A DNA stretch of 64,000 nt from Octopus vulgaris. Taxonomy: Eukaryota. Made by a program: the position numbers and the translations under genes. The notes below the pieces were generated by a model. It was given only the letters and a program-made list of their open reading frames with translations, ran no database searches and was not told the origin of the DNA. Positions 1 through 14,391 of this stretch are shown here, piece after piece; positions within the stretch are counted from its first letter, which is position 1; every line of letters starts with the position of its first letter. The stretch covers positions 33,790,001-33,854,000 of the forward strand of contig OX597826.1 in the NCBI GenBank assembly GCA_951406725.2, written 5' to 3'.

Positions 1-269
1 TATGTTATCTTCCCACATTCTTTTCCCTTCTCTATTAGTATTTCCCCTTTACTTCATTTTCTACCTCTCACTCCTCCCCTTCTTTTTTTAGCTGCTCTCC
101 CTCTCCCTCTCCTTCTACACTGCCTGTATCTTCTTTACATCTCTCCTTCATTCTCTCTGCTTTTCTTTCCCCTCTCTTTCACAATATCACTCCTCCTCCC
201 ACTTCTCTCCCTGCTACTCCTTTCTACTTCATCTTTTTCTCTCTCTCTCTTCCTTTTCACTCATTTTCT

Positions 270-2370
270 CACACATACACACACATGTATCTGCGCACAC
301 TCCTACTGCCATACACATGCACATACACACCACATGCACATGCACATATACATGCATACTCATACACATGCATGCACTCACACACATACTGATGCACAAA
401 CGAACATGCAACCACACACATTTATATAAACATATGCATTCACAAACACATGAACATAAATACACACATAAACACATGCACACAGACACATGCACTTATA
501 TGCACATTCGTGCAGACCTACCCACCTATTTGCACATAGATGCATATATATACATATAACCACATGCATGCTTCGATACACACACACACATACATACATA
601 CACATATACATACACAAACAAACACACACATCCATGCAAATACTCTTAGATGCAAACATGCTCTCACAAACGCACACACTTTCATATATACACACATAGC
701 ATAGACATATTCTTATATACACAAAGCCATGCATGCAACCTTTTACATATGCACACCCATGCAAATTTTAATTGCACACATGCACATCTGTATGTGCACA
801 CTTACATATATACACATGTATACACACTGTCACAAAAGCATGCATGTTCACATACACAATAAACACATTTCTACATATACATACATACACTTACTTTTAC
901 ACACACACACATATATATATACATAGATACATGCAAATATAATTTTGAAAATGCACATGCTTATGCACAAGCTGTCTTATATACACATGCATGTATACAC
1001 TTAGTCATACATGCATGTCCACACATACATACATGCACGATCATACACATGCACACACACACACAACATTATTTATACATACACCAATCGTACATGCACC
1101 TTTACAGATATGCACACACATGCAAATGTAATTGCACATATGTGCATACTTATACAAATATTCACACATATACATATGCATACATACACTTTTACACATA
1201 CATGTTCATTCACATACACACACAACAAGCACATTCTTATACACTCACACACACATATTCATGCATTTATGCACTTTCATACACACAAGCCTGCATGTAC
1301 CGCTTTACATAAGTGCATATATGCACATGCTTGTACTCATGGCAACACAAACACACATACGTACATGCACTGTCACACATACATATACACACATACTTGC
1401 ACATACATGCACACAATAAACACATTCTCACATACACACATGCATATGCATGCTGTCACACATACATGCACATTTGCATACACATACACACATACACCCA
1501 TACACATACACACACTTTCATACACACACCTGCATGTACCCCTTTACATAAGTACACACAAGCATATACTTAAACACATGCCAACACATATACAGATGCA
1601 TACGCATGCTGCCACATATAGATGCACATATGCATACACACATATATACCCATACACATACATACACACTTTCATAATATGCTCACACATACACACACAC
1701 CTGCATGTATCCCTTTACATAAGTACACACATGCATATACTTAAACACATGCCAGCACATATACACGTGCATACGCATGCTGTCACACATAGACGCACAT
1801 TTGCATACACACACATATACCCATACACATACACACACACTTTCATAATATGCTCACGCATACACACACATCTGCATGTATCCCTTCACATAAGCACATA
1901 TATGCATACACTTGAATACATGCCAGCACATATACACATGCATACGCATGCTGTCACACATAGACGCACATTTGCATACACACACATATACCCATACACA
2001 TACACACACACTTTCATAATATGCTCACACATACACACACACCTGCATGTATCCTTTCACATAAGCACATATATGCATACACTTGAATACATGCCAGCAC
2101 ATATACACATGCATATGCATGCTGTCACACATAGACGCACATTTGCATACGCACACATATATCCATACAATACACACACTCTTTCATAATATGCTCACGC
2201 ATACACACACACCTGCATGTATCCCTTCACATAAGTACACATATGCGTATGCTTAAACACATGCCAACACATACACACATGCATATGCATGATGCCACAC
2301 ATACACACTTGCATACACACACGCACATGCACCCATACACACACATATGCGCGTGCATGCACACGTGCAC
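270..2370. repeat. Degenerate (CA/TA)-rich low-complexity tract
   Basis: Continuous cacatac/atgcatac-type sequence; source of the His/Thr/Tyr/Met/Cys-rich artefact ORFs. Confidence 0.95.
1500..2330. repeat. 171-bp tandem minisatellite (about 5 units)
   Basis: Anchor (c/t)ctgcatgta recurs at 1529, 1700, 1871, 2042 and 2212 (spacing 171, 171, 171, 170); this explains the internally repeated 392-aa ORF. Confidence 0.9.
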
Positions 2371-3099
2371 TCACAGTGACATATGAAGCAAGTGCTATCA
2401 CTTAACCTTTTCATGGGAAAATCTTTTGTCTAAATCAATTAGCAGGCCATTAATTTTTAATCAGTTAAACAATTAACACATGGGCAAGTTATTTTTGTCA
2501 ATAAAGATTCAGAGAATAAAAAATTAATTGAAGGACCCTCAATACACCAATTAATAAAATTAATAAAACACAAACAAACACATCGTTTCTACAACTAACT
2601 TTACAATAAACAACGCCGCACTTCTCCTTCAAAATCCATTGGAAATATTTTATTTTTTTCATTTGACTCAAGTTATCAATGCTTCTTGGAAATTGAAGGA
2701 ATAATTTTTACCGAAATGGTATCAGGATAGCATTTATTTTGGGTAATTCCTTAAGGAGAAAAATAGAGAATACCACCCACCGTGTACATGCGCTTCCATC
2801 ATCTCCTCGAAATACTCAAACAAAGAAATATTCATTTGTTATTTTTGGTTTATTTCAGTTTTTGTTTGGATTGTTTTTGTTTTGTTTGGTCTTATATTAT
2901 CTTTTTCTTTTTTGCTTTTTTTTGTTTTTTTTGTTTCTGTTTTTCTTTCTGCAATTGGTGATGGAAATTAATATTGTTTTAATGACCAATGTGAGAAATC
3001 TTAATTCACAGAAATGATTCTGACTAAAGAAAATATTCTATTAGAAACATTTGGGTTGTTTTTCTGTTTTTTTTTTTTTCAGGAACTGTCACTGCTGCC

Positions 3100-3360
3100 A
3101 GCACCACCACCACGACGACCACCACCACCACCACTACTACCACCAGTACCATCAACACCACCATCAACGACACCACCACTACCACCACCACTACCACCAC
3201 CATCACCACCATTATTGTTATCACCTCTACATGCACCACTGCCTCTGCAATTGCTGCTAGAGTTACTTCTACAGCAACAACAACAACAACTACTACTACT
3301 ACTACTAGTGCTGCTGCTGCTACTGTTGCCATTCTTTTTTCCTCTTCTATAACACTGTTG

Positions 3361-3409
<49 letters not shown>

Positions 3410-3623
3410 AACTACTACTACTACAGCCACCACTGCCACCGCTGCTGCTGTTGGTACTACCCTCTTCCTTCTTGTTTTTCTTCTTCGTCTTCTTCTTCTT
3501 CTTCTTCTTCTTCTACCACTACTACAACTACAGCCACTACTACTGCTGCTCCTGTTGGTACTACCCCCTCTTCCCCACTTTTTTCTTCTTCTTCTTCTTC
3601 TTCTTCTTCTTCTACTACTACTA

Positions 3624-3659
<36 letters not shown>

Positions 3660-3660
3660 G
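3100..3660. repeat. Mosaic trinucleotide microsatellite (ACC/ACT/TTC/CTG)
   Basis: Successive (cac)n, (tac)n, (ttc)n and (ctg)n runs. Confidence 0.95.
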
Positions 3661-4247
3661 TTCAAGTGCTCCTGATTCTATGTAATATATTTACATTACA
3701 GCCTACTGACCCTTCATGTCAAGATTTTGTATTATGTTATATAATGCATGGCAAAAGGTTCATATTTTCCCCCATTAGATGCATAGTCACCTGCAGAGAC
3801 GGTGTAGTACAAGTATGTCCAAATGTAGAAGTCGGAGTCATCTTAAGTTGATTATATGAAGTTTATTCCAGTGTAACACCAACTCACTGTTAGCTGTTCA
3901 GATCTCATATTCATGTAATATATTATTTAAAATTGCTAATAAATAGTTGCCATATATAATCAATGCAACCTAATGAGTAGGTGTTGAGTATTAAACCTTC
4001 ATCTTAATTAGATTTTTGATAAAATATTCATCTATAATTAAGCTGTTTATATATATATTGATATTATATATCAAAACATTATTTTACTGGAAATTTGTGA
4101 ATTAGTTGATTTATTAGCTCATTAAATAAAATACCTTGTCTTGCCCAATTATTGCAGAGTAGTTTAATTTAATACTGTATTGAAACATTTAATTTTTATT
4201 TCCTTATATCTATGTTCAAATCCCACTGGAGTAATATTTACAGATGT

Positions 4248-4508
4248 GGAGGTGCGTGGCTTAGTGGTCAGGGAGTCAAACTCATGATTGTAAGATAATG
4301 GTTTCGATTCTAGGACTGGGCAATGCATTGTGTTCTTGTGCGAAACACTTCACTTTATGTTGCTCTCGTCCACTCAGCTGGCAAAAGTGAGTTAATCCTG
4401 TGACGGACTAGCGTCTCATCCAGGTGAGGAATATATACACCATGAAGCCAGGGAACCTGTGCTTATGAGTCGTTATGACTCAAAAAGGTAATTTTACCTT
4501 TACTTTTT
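4248..4508 (+). mobile_element. tRNA-derived SINE
   Basis: A-box TGGCTTAGTGG and B-box GTTTCGATTC; body ttgtgttcttgNgcNaaacacttcaNtt recurs at about 14205-14370, 20195-20485 and 47200-47405. Confidence 0.8.
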
Positions 4509-5072
4509 TTATATTTACTGATTTGATGTAATCTGTATGTCTTATTCTAAGTTTGGTAAGAGTAAACTACATTACTGACATCCGAGCATAGATGTATTCA
4601 CATGCACGCATACTCCCATGTATAAATATATGTGTGTGAAGTATGTACATGTGTGTGTATACATACATACGTGCAAACATACATTCATACAAACATACAC
4701 ACATTCATAGACATACACACATTTATACAAACATGCATACATGCATTCATACATACATACATGCATACATACTTTCATACAGACATTCATACATACATGC
4801 ATACATACATACATGCATATATACATACATACATACATTCATACAGACATTCATACATTCATACATATATACATGCATGCATACATACATTCTTATATAC
4901 AATCATGCATGCAGACATATATATGTATATATATATATATAATTAATTAATAAGGGTGAGAGAATTAGATACTAATTTAATAGTATGTCCATTCAACACC
5001 AAGTGGCCCAGTGCCTCGAGAAACCTGAATTATTATAATATTTTATAATATATTATAATATTATTTTATACA

Positions 5073-5286
5073 AAAATAAATATAAGAGAATGGTCACTAT
5101 GTGGCTCATTCTAGCACTAGAAAATCCAGTCCCAAAATAATCTGTATTTTTGTTATTTTTTATTTGCCCTGTTCGTGTGAGCTAACAATTGTACTGACTT
5201 TCATGTGAAACATGTATTTTTGTGGTTGAAACCTTTTGGATTTTCTAGTGCTAGAATGAGCCACATAGTGACCATTCTCTTATATT

Positions 5287-5292
<6 letters not shown>
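5073..5292. repeat. Fold-back element with perfect 56-bp inverted repeats
   Basis: 5073-5128 is the exact reverse complement of 5237-5292; abuts (TA)n. Confidence 0.9.
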
Positions 5293-5323
<31 letters not shown>

Positions 5324-5499
5324 CATGCATACAAACATAATGCATGCATACATATATACATACATACATGTATACATATGTAATACATACATACATGCAT
5401 ATATATATATATGACAGTATCCCAGTATTACAGTATTGACCAGACCATCAGATGCTGTCATACACTACTGGTTACAATGTGCTTCCAATTTTGTCTTGA

Positions 5500-5835
5500 T
5501 TGCACCATTCTTTTCCATCTTGACCGAAATTGCTTAACTAAATCCTCTTCCCATCATCGTGGAGGCCTTCTAAGTAGCATTTTCCAAATTCTTGGATACG
5601 ACTTGGCAACTGCACAAGTCCACCTCTGTTGCCTGTGAAGCTATGTGACATGCTGAGCCCAGTGGAACTTGCGCCTTCAGTATTCTGCAACCACACCATT
5701 CACTCCATTCCATTCTTGAATTAACCTCTTTCAACTATGCTCTCGGAATGATATTCCTAGCATAGTCATTTGCATCATGGCCAATCAATGTTCTATCCTC
5801 TTCGTAGCAGTCCACATCTCGCCTGCATATAAGAG
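5500..5835 (-). mobile_element. RTE-clade LINE 3' fragment (decayed)
   Basis: Minus-strand translation across frameshifts gives YAGEMWTATK..MLGISFREH..WAQHV..RWTCAVAKSYPR..RPPR*WEED, matching the RTE ORF C-terminus pattern (Y.SETW..MLG..W.GH..RWT..WYPR..GRP.RW.D). Confidence 0.7.
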
Positions 5836-7235
5836 TGAAGGTGGGATGGTGCTATTAAAGAGTCTGGCATGTAATTGCATAGTGGAATAAAATTTGTGTA
5901 AAACCCTTGAAGTATACAATACAAAGCCTGTCCATTATTGGCTACCAGATGTCATCATATCTTGTAACTGGATCATATCTTGATATACATCAAGAGAATC
6001 TGTTCACTTTGGCTCACAGAATTTTAAAGTAATTTTTTTAACTAAACAGTTTGAAACTTCGTATATTGGTGTAATATCTCATGCAGAACATGGTTTATTT
6101 TGAACATTTTTGACAAAATTTCGAATTTTAGAAGTTATTTCATGTTAAAGTTGTCATATTTGGATAATTTTAACCAATCAACGATCTGTATTCAGTTGAA
6201 GAAGGCTACTGCTGTTTGCAATGGTAATCAAAGAGGAACAACTTCTGGATCATCACTACTAAATGTTACCACTCTGTTCTATATATTTTTGTTTACTGCT
6301 TGTGTTGTATATTACATGCTTTTTTTTTACAAACTGTTTAGTTAAAAAATATTAATTAAAAAAATCTCTGAGTCAAACTGAACTGATCCCATCAAGAATT
6401 TCATAGTGTCTGTTGAATTTGTATTAAAAAAAAACTGAATAAAAGAAAATGAATTGAACAACATTATTTATTTCAAATCACTACAAAGCCCATCTACAGT
6501 TATTGGCTACCAGATGTCATCATATTTTGTCACTGGGTATACATCAAGAGTTTCAGAGTATCTATAGAGTTTTTATTAAAAAAATCAATAAGAGAAATGA
6601 TTTCAAATCATTACAATTGTTTCCACAGATCATTACACATATAGCACATTGATGGTATAATTAACATATTGTGTAACCACTATCATCCATGAAAGATGTA
6701 AAATGTTTTCCCCTGGAAACAGTTCCACAACCATTGTTTGTTATTGCTCTGATATTGTTAACTCATATTTTTCAATACAGTTGAAGGAATTTGTTCCTAA
6801 TCTGAGTTATTTTCACTGTAAATACCAAATTTAGAGTAAAAAACAAAATGTCTGTGGTGTATTTGAACCCATAAACTGCATCTTGGTAGTATAAATACTT
6901 TATCTTGCCTGTGTTTTTTTACTCCTACTCCATAACTAATTCTGTTTAGCAAGAAGCCAATTCTTCATAAAAAAGAAATTTACTTGTTGTGCAATCTGAC
7001 TGATTAAATTTAGGCGCATTCTTTGCAAAGGAGAGACTCGAATATATTTGCAGTGTTTATCTTAAGTGAGTTAAGACAGAGCAGATGGGAAGGGAAGGAT
7101 ATAAAGATGGGTGGAGAAAGCGGAAATGAGAGAGAGGGGGAGGGGGAAGGGGGAAGACGAATTAGGGGGAGAAAGAGTAGTTCATGAAACAGAACTAGAA
7201 ATAATAGGCATATACAAATATATATATATATATGT

Positions 7236-9106
7236 GATTTCTGCAGAAAATTACGCCTCACAGAAGCACTTCACAACTACACCAGCGAAAATGACTCAAT
7301 AGTAAAAAACAAAAGCGAATATTATCCTACAAAAGGCAGAAATGAAGCACTTGATGCTTTTTGTGAACACATTAGCAATTTTCCTTTTAATACCCTACAA
7401 AAACAACGAATTAAATCCAACCTTACTGTAAATGAATGGAAAGACCTAATCGAGTTTAAAAATGATATAAACCTCACCATTAAAGAAGCTGACAAAGGAA
7501 ATGTGGTAGTGGTGATGGACACAGAGTACTACAAAAATTTAACACTCTCTATGTTGGAAAATAACATTTACTATGAGAAGATAAAACAATACAACCCACA
7601 GAAGACACTTAAAAACTTATCCTCCTTACTTCAAATACATGGAAAAGGTCTCACTCAGTATGAAATAGACTATTTATCCAATTTTAAATACAGACCTAAT
7701 ATATTCTATGGATTACCTAAAATATACAAAAATCTTCATATTTGTAAAGCTTGCAAAGTTTCTCCTAGCCTATGCATTAATGTTCCTCCCCCTACTGACC
7801 TCAAACTGAGACCCATCATCGCAGGCCCTGCTTGTGAAACCTGCCGTTTAAGCAACTCCTTCAACATCTTACTCAAACTGTTTCTAAAACATGTGAAAAG
7901 CTTCATCAGGGATGACTTAGACATGCTCAACCACCTCCTGAAGATAATAAATGAAGGAACCCTGTTAGTATCATTCGATGTGGTGCATTTGTACACCAAT
8001 ATCGCACATGATTATGGTATAGAAGCAATTACCTTCTGGCTAGAAAAATACCCAGAAGAGATCCCAGGACACATCAACCACAGATTCCTAATCGCAGTAC
8101 TCAAATTCATCCTACTGAACAACTATTTCATATTTGATACAGTTTACTATCAACAAAAATGTGGAACCCGAGCTGCTCCAGAGATTGCGAACCTTGTAAT
8201 GGGTTACCTAGAATTAAAAATTTACTAATCATCACTACAAATATATAGCACCTCATTTCATTGCTTTTTAAAGGAGAACTGCAAGAGGTATTTGGACGAT
8301 TGCTTTATACTTTGGAAAGACAGCATGGACAAACTCCTCGATTTCAAAATAAATCTTAACAATATTAACAGCAACATACAATTCACCATGGAGTACAGTA
8401 GTAAACAACTCCCTTTTCTTGACATCCCAATTAAAATAGTCAATAACCACATCGAAACAGATATCTTCTATAAACCCACAGATTCTAAACAATACCTATT
8501 ATTCTACTCATGCCATCCCAAACACATAGAAATTTATATACCTTATAATCTAGCGAAAAGAATCTGTACCATAGTTTTGGACACCTATAGTCGAGAACGA
8601 AGACTCCTTGAACTCAGATCAATATTAATCAAAAGACATTACCCAATATCATTAATAAATGATGGCATTAAACGAGCTAAGGAAATAGATATATGAATAT
8701 TAAGGGAAGTCAACCGAAATACTACACCAGACTTTAAAATACTCCCATACATCTCCACACATAACCCTAGAAACAATGAAGCCTTCAACATAATCATCCA
8801 AAATCTACTCAACCTCACAGGAGATAAAACAATGAACAAAATTATCAAAAGCAAAATGCAACCTAAATCATTGAAAAAAATATTAACCAGCGCAAGACTA
8901 TATCCATTAACAACGGAACCAAAAGGGAAAAAATGTGGTTGACCTAACTGTGGTACATGCCCCCACCTTTTGGAGGATTCAGTGTTCCACTTTAAACAAG
9001 ATGAAATATTTAAGATTAAATCAAATTTCACTTGTGCCTCAGAAAATCTGATCTATGCCATTACATGCTTAGGGTGTGGTAATCATTATATTGGCCTAAC
9101 AGGCCA

Positions 9107-9107
<1 letters not shown>
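7236..9107 (+). pseudogene. Penelope-like element, decayed RT + GIY-YIG endonuclease ORF
   Basis: DFCRKLRL..KEADKG..FYGLPKI..LRPIIAGP..SFDVVHLYTNI..RYLDD..LPFLD..SCHP..CG*PNCGTC..NLIYAITCLGCGNHYIGLTGQ. In-frame stops at 8226-8228, 8694-8696 and 8940-8942; the AMG of RT motif B is deleted; truncated by (TA)n at both ends. Confidence 0.95.
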
Positions 9108-9201
<94 letters not shown>

Positions 9202-9400
9202 CTGTTTTGTTCTCACTGTCCTGTTTTGTCACCGTGTTTACCATCCACAAATCTCAAATTTTTTAAATTTGCTTTGCGGGAATGACTTTTGATATCATGT
9301 ACCCATATATGCATGTATATATACATATGTATGTAGGTATGTACATATATGTATGTATATATGCATATATATATATATTATCTATCTATCTATCTATCTA

Positions 9401-9482
<82 letters not shown>

Positions 9483-10271
9483 TATATAAACATATATATG
9501 TACACACACATATATATATATATACATACACACACACATATATATATGCATATACATGAGAGGGTGTGTATGTGTATTTATAAATACATGTACATATATA
9601 TGTATATGTATATCTACATATATGGAGATGTATATACATATACATATATGTTTACATATGTGTGGGAGTGTGAATGTGTATGTAGGTATACTCACACGTA
9701 TTTGAATATACAACACACGCACATACTGACATTTCTATGTATAAAACTGAAATATAATTAACTGCCCTGAACTGTTGGCACATAAGAATATATTACACCC
9801 TCTTCCACACACATATACACATACACGCACACACATGCCAACCCCCCACCAACATTTTATATATATATATATTATGTAAAGTTTATATTCCTAGGCAATT
9901 TAATCCAGTGTTTGGGATTTCATTAGCAACAGAGTACTTTCTTCAACGGCCCATGGAGACCCTACTTATGAACCTGCTATTACTAAGGACTTAAGTGAAA
10001 TTGGATAGAGTGATTTGCATCTCTAACATATTCCTGGCAGCTTGTGTGATTAATAAATTACTGATGTGCTAACAGTGAACGGCTTCAGTGTTATATTAGC
10101 TAACAGAATATATCTATTAACTTGTAATTTAGTTCACACGAGCACTCACACACAACAACTCACTCACAGACACAAACACACATATACACATATATATTTA
10201 TATGAGTGTGCGTGCATCTGTGTATGTGTATGTGTTTCTATTAACAGATGTAAACAGATGTAAACACCAAG

Positions 10272-10376
<105 letters not shown>

Positions 10377-11294
10377 CCTATCTATTTAGCTATCTATTCA
10401 TCTGTTTATTTATATTATTATGTATGTCTCTCTCTCGCTCTCCATATATAATATATATACATATATAATATATATACATATATATATATATATACACACA
10501 TACATATATATACATATATACGAATATATAAACCCATGAATGAGAAACTGCAGGCCCTCCTGTATAGGTTAACAGAGTGACTATATCATTATCAATAAAA
10601 AGTGGCCTCCTGTAACAAAGAAGTCCTGTCATACTATTCCTTTCAATCTTTTCTGATGACTGCCAGAGTTAACTCAACTCTTGATCGGAATCTGATTGGT
10701 AAATTGACTCATACCTCCCTCATACTTCATTCTTCCTCCATTTAGATCAGATCTTATAATATTGATAAAGGTCCAATGATTCTATTATTATTTATTGCAG
10801 TATCCAATGTTTATCTTGGACATAAAGTTTTGGCAGCTTTTGGGGGCAGTCATAATTTTGCCTGGATTGTTCGACTATTTTCAAGAATCAGATTTGTCTG
10901 CCAATTATATATGTCTAACATACACTTGTCACTCTTCCTATTCTTTTATTCTTTTAATGGTTTCAGTTGTAGGACTGCGCCCATGCTGGAGCACTGCCTT
11001 AACTTATTTTGCTATCAGTATTGTTGTCATTTTTTGGCCGGGTGTTCTGCGATTAATTCTGTCACAGCTGACCTTCCCCGAGTGTATTCTTAAATGGTTG
11101 CTGCTCCAGGATCATTGATCCAATGTTTTTTCTTTTTTATGTCTCAGAAAAGGTTCCTTTTATATTTCTGATTTCTTTAGGTTGGCAGTTGAACAGTTGA
11201 GGACATCTAAGTATCAAACTGGTACAATAGAATGTGTCTGCCTAGGATAGAGATGAGATTCCAGAACCAAAATAGAAGACAAAGCAAATACATA

Positions 11295-11709
11295 CAGTTC
11301 TATATTTAAGAGATGAGGAATTATGTATATTATTTACATTATTTACATTATTTACCATTGACGGATATTTGTCCTCATCTTGTTTGTTGTTCACACAAAG
11401 TTTTGGCTGAGATATACCCTCTAGCCTTCATCAGATGTCGTGGGGAAATTTCTAACCTGGGTTCTCATTCCTAAGGTAGTGGTTAAGAGCGCGGGCTTCT
11501 AACCCCAAGTTTCCGAGTTCGAGTCCAGGCAGTGACCTGAATAATAACAACAACAACAACATCAAAAATACCTTAGGAATGAGAACCCAGGTTTGAAATT
11601 TTCCCAAGACTTCTGATGAAGGCTGGAGGGTATATCAGGTGAAATGTTGTGTTAACAACAAACAAGATGAGGACAAATATCTATCCAATGTAAATAATGT
11701 AAATAATGT
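11295..11709 (+). mobile_element. Palindromic tRNA-head/hammerhead non-autonomous element, copy A
   Basis: Inverted arm 11295-11478; tRNA-like head 11477-11541 (TAGTGGTTAAG..GAGTTCGAGTCC); (AAC/AAT)n; forward arm about 11560-11709; perfect 14-bp TSD aaagcaaatacata at 11281-11294 and 11710-11723. Confidence 0.9.
11609..11652 (+). ncRNA. Minimal type-I hammerhead ribozyme motif (degenerate); antisense partner at 11393-11438
   Basis: CTGATGA-A-GGCTG(GAGGGTATAT)CAGGT-GAAA-TG-TT-GTGT. Confidence 0.7.
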
Positions 11710-11777
11710 AAAGCAAATACATATCACAAAACAACAGTTGATATCATTGAGCTGATGTTCAAATAAAGAAAATTTAT

Positions 11778-12172
11778 CTTTTACTTGTTTCAGTCATTAG
11801 ACTGTGGCCATGCTGGTGCACCACCTTCAAGAAATTTTAGTCAAATGAATCGACTCCAGTGTTTATGCTTTTTAAAGCCTCATACCTATTCTATTAGTCA
11901 CCTTTGCCAAGCCAAAAGTTATGGGGTTGTAAACACACCAACACTGGTTGTGAAGAGGTGGTGAGGGACAAACACAAACAAAAGCGCACACACATAAATA
12001 TACATGACAGGCTTCCTTCAGTTTCCACCTATAAAATCCATACACAAGGTTTTGATCAGTCTAAGGCTCTAATGGAAGATACCTGCTTAAAGTGATGTGC
12101 TGTAGGAGTGAGAGTAGGACTGAACCTGGAAGCGTGTGGTTGGGAAGCAAGCTTCTTACCACACAGCCATGC
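11778..12172 (-). mobile_element. tRNA-derived SINE with CR1-like 3' tail
   Basis: Reverse complement of the family at 21783-22200: head tggctgtgtggtaagaagcttgc, tail ggtgcaccagcatggccacagtc..gactgaaacaagtaaaag. Confidence 0.85.
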
Positions 12173-12904
12173 TTGAATTATAATGTCTCAAGCATAGTCC
12201 TTTGTCAGGAACTAAAAGAAAATCTAGGAGAGACAAGAAAGAGAAAGAAGAAAAAAGAAAGCAAGGAAAAAAATGCATGTGAGTTTGAACCCAGGTACTT
12301 TCTCTTTCTCTTCTTTATCTGTAAGACTATTTCCAGTACAAGGCTATCAACTTCATATCGTTTTGTCCAATAATTTGTCATAGTCCTTTTTAGTTCTTCT
12401 ACCCATACAACTAATTTGTTTTGCTTCAGATTTTGCCCTCTTATAAACCCCCATTAGCTTTCAACTTATCTTCCTGAAAAGGTGGAGGTCTTTTACAGAG
12501 ATTTAACCATTTCCATTGAAACTGAAACAGACTGACTTCAAGTCTCTGACAAAAGATCTGTTTAGCATTTGGTGTTTATAATAAACAGATTTGTATTTTA
12601 GTTCTTCAGCTGTGGAGGTGAGTTATTGTTTCAGCTGATGTAGTGATGTAGTTTAAGGTTTCAATTCCTGAATGTTCTGACTGGTTTTCTAATTTCTGTT
12701 TTAAATATTTCCGATGTTTTGCAAAAGATTTTGTCTGTTTTCGATTTTGTATCTACAGATTCTGTGAATTTTATTTTTTAAGCTACACATCAACCCTGGC
12801 TTAAGATGTTTGCCAGCATTTTGCTTGTGAAGCTTCAGTTCCCTCTGATGAGTTAACAATGTGGCTTGTTATGGGTTGTTAACACATGTATCAAGAGGCT
12901 GACA

Positions 12905-12943
<39 letters not shown>

Positions 12944-13139
12944 GTATGCATGTATATTCATATGTATGTGTATATATGTATATATGCATTTGTATATATA
13001 TATATATGTTTATATATGTGTGTATGTAAATGTATATACATATATGCATGTATGTATATATATGGATGTATATGGTACATGCATCTGCAAGCATGAGTGC
13101 ATGCAAGTATATGTATATATATGTTAGTGTGTGTGCATG

Positions 13140-13175
<36 letters not shown>

Positions 13176-13194
13176 TATATATACATGTATATAC

Positions 13195-13228
<34 letters not shown>

Positions 13229-13744
13229 ATATATATATGTATGTGTATATATAAATATATATATTTATAATATATATATATATCTACATATGTATATATA
13301 TATATGTGTGTGTGTATGTATATATATTTATATGTATATATATTTTATATCTATATATATATATAATATGTGTATATGCATATTTGTATGTGTGTGCATA
13401 TATGTATATATATCAGGAAAGACAGAGAAAGAGAGAGATACAGAAAGACAGAGGAAAATAGAGAGGTTGCTTCTAAGATGTTTGCAGAGTTAAATACTCC
13501 ATCACCTCAAGTCTTGGAATCAAATCATAGAACAGAAATGGATGAAAGATTTTACCAAACTAAAATAACTCTAAAGACAGACATGGTGAACTAAAACAAA
13601 CAGGTTCCAGAACCATGATTCTTTGAAATCTTTCAAACAGCAAAATCAACAAGAGAACCTGTGCATGGCTGCAGGATCTTCTAGAAACATCAGTCAAATC
13701 TTACTCAAATCAAACTCTATTGTCTTCAAGCAAGTGTATAGTAC

Positions 13745-14140
13745 ACGTTGTGGACTTAAGCACACTGTGTCTGATAAAAATGGCACCTCCTGACTGGCCC
13801 CTGTACTGGTGGCATGTAAAAAGCACTATCCAAATGTGGCTGATGCCAGCACTCCATGACTTGCTCCTGTGCCAGTGGTACGTAAAAAACAATATCCGAA
13901 CTTGATCAAAGCTAGGCCCACCTGACTGACTCCTCTGCCAGTGGCATGTAAAAAGCATCCACTACAATCTCAGAGTGGTTGGTGCTAGGAAGGGCATCCA
14001 GTTGTAGAAACATTGCCACATCAGATTAGAGTCTGGTGCAGCTACTGGCTCTCCAGACCTCAGTCAAACCGTCCAACCCACCCCAGCAGGGAAAACAGAT
14101 GTTAAACGACGATGATGATGATGATGAGGATGATGATGAT
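13745..14140 (+). mobile_element. SINE/LINE-tail family ending in (GAT)n
   Basis: Three tandem (gcc)agtggcatgtaaaaagca units, then ggaagggcatccagNtgtagaaac..ccaaccca..gttaaacgatgatg. Related copies at about 20690-21063, 23120-23290, 30480-30795, 33910-34117, 35508-36070 (-), 38130-38295 and 42055-42280. Confidence 0.8.
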
Positions 14141-14391
14141 CAGAGTTGGCTAGGGGGTTAAGAAACAAAGGAATGTTTATTGAGCCAAAGGGGAAGACTC
14201 TATGTGTTCTTGAGCAAAACACTTCATTTCACATTGCTCCAGTCCACTCAGCTGGCAAAAATGAGTAACGCTGCAATGGACTGGTGTCCAATCCAGCTGC
14301 AGAACATGTACGCCATTGAAACCAGGAAAGCGGGCCCATGAACCTGGCTAGGCTTTAAAAAGTCGTGTTTACTTTTTGTCATATATATATA

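Noticed and set aside
1011-2189. 392-aa His/Thr-rich ORF
   Set aside because: Lies wholly in CA/TA low-complexity sequence and a 171-bp tandem repeat; no domain or splice evidence.
8694-8942. In-frame TGA codons in the first PLE as selenocysteine (as in some Naiad PLEs)
   Set aside because: The TGAs fall at non-Cys positions (IDI*ILR; CG*PNCGTC, with the Cys residues encoded normally), consistent with CGA-to-TGA decay. The element also has a TAA stop and a deleted RT motif, and I see no SECIS.
13795-13960. CRISPR-like regularly spaced direct repeats
   Set aside because: Three degenerate internal units of a eukaryotic retroposon family; spacers are mutually similar and there are no cas genes.
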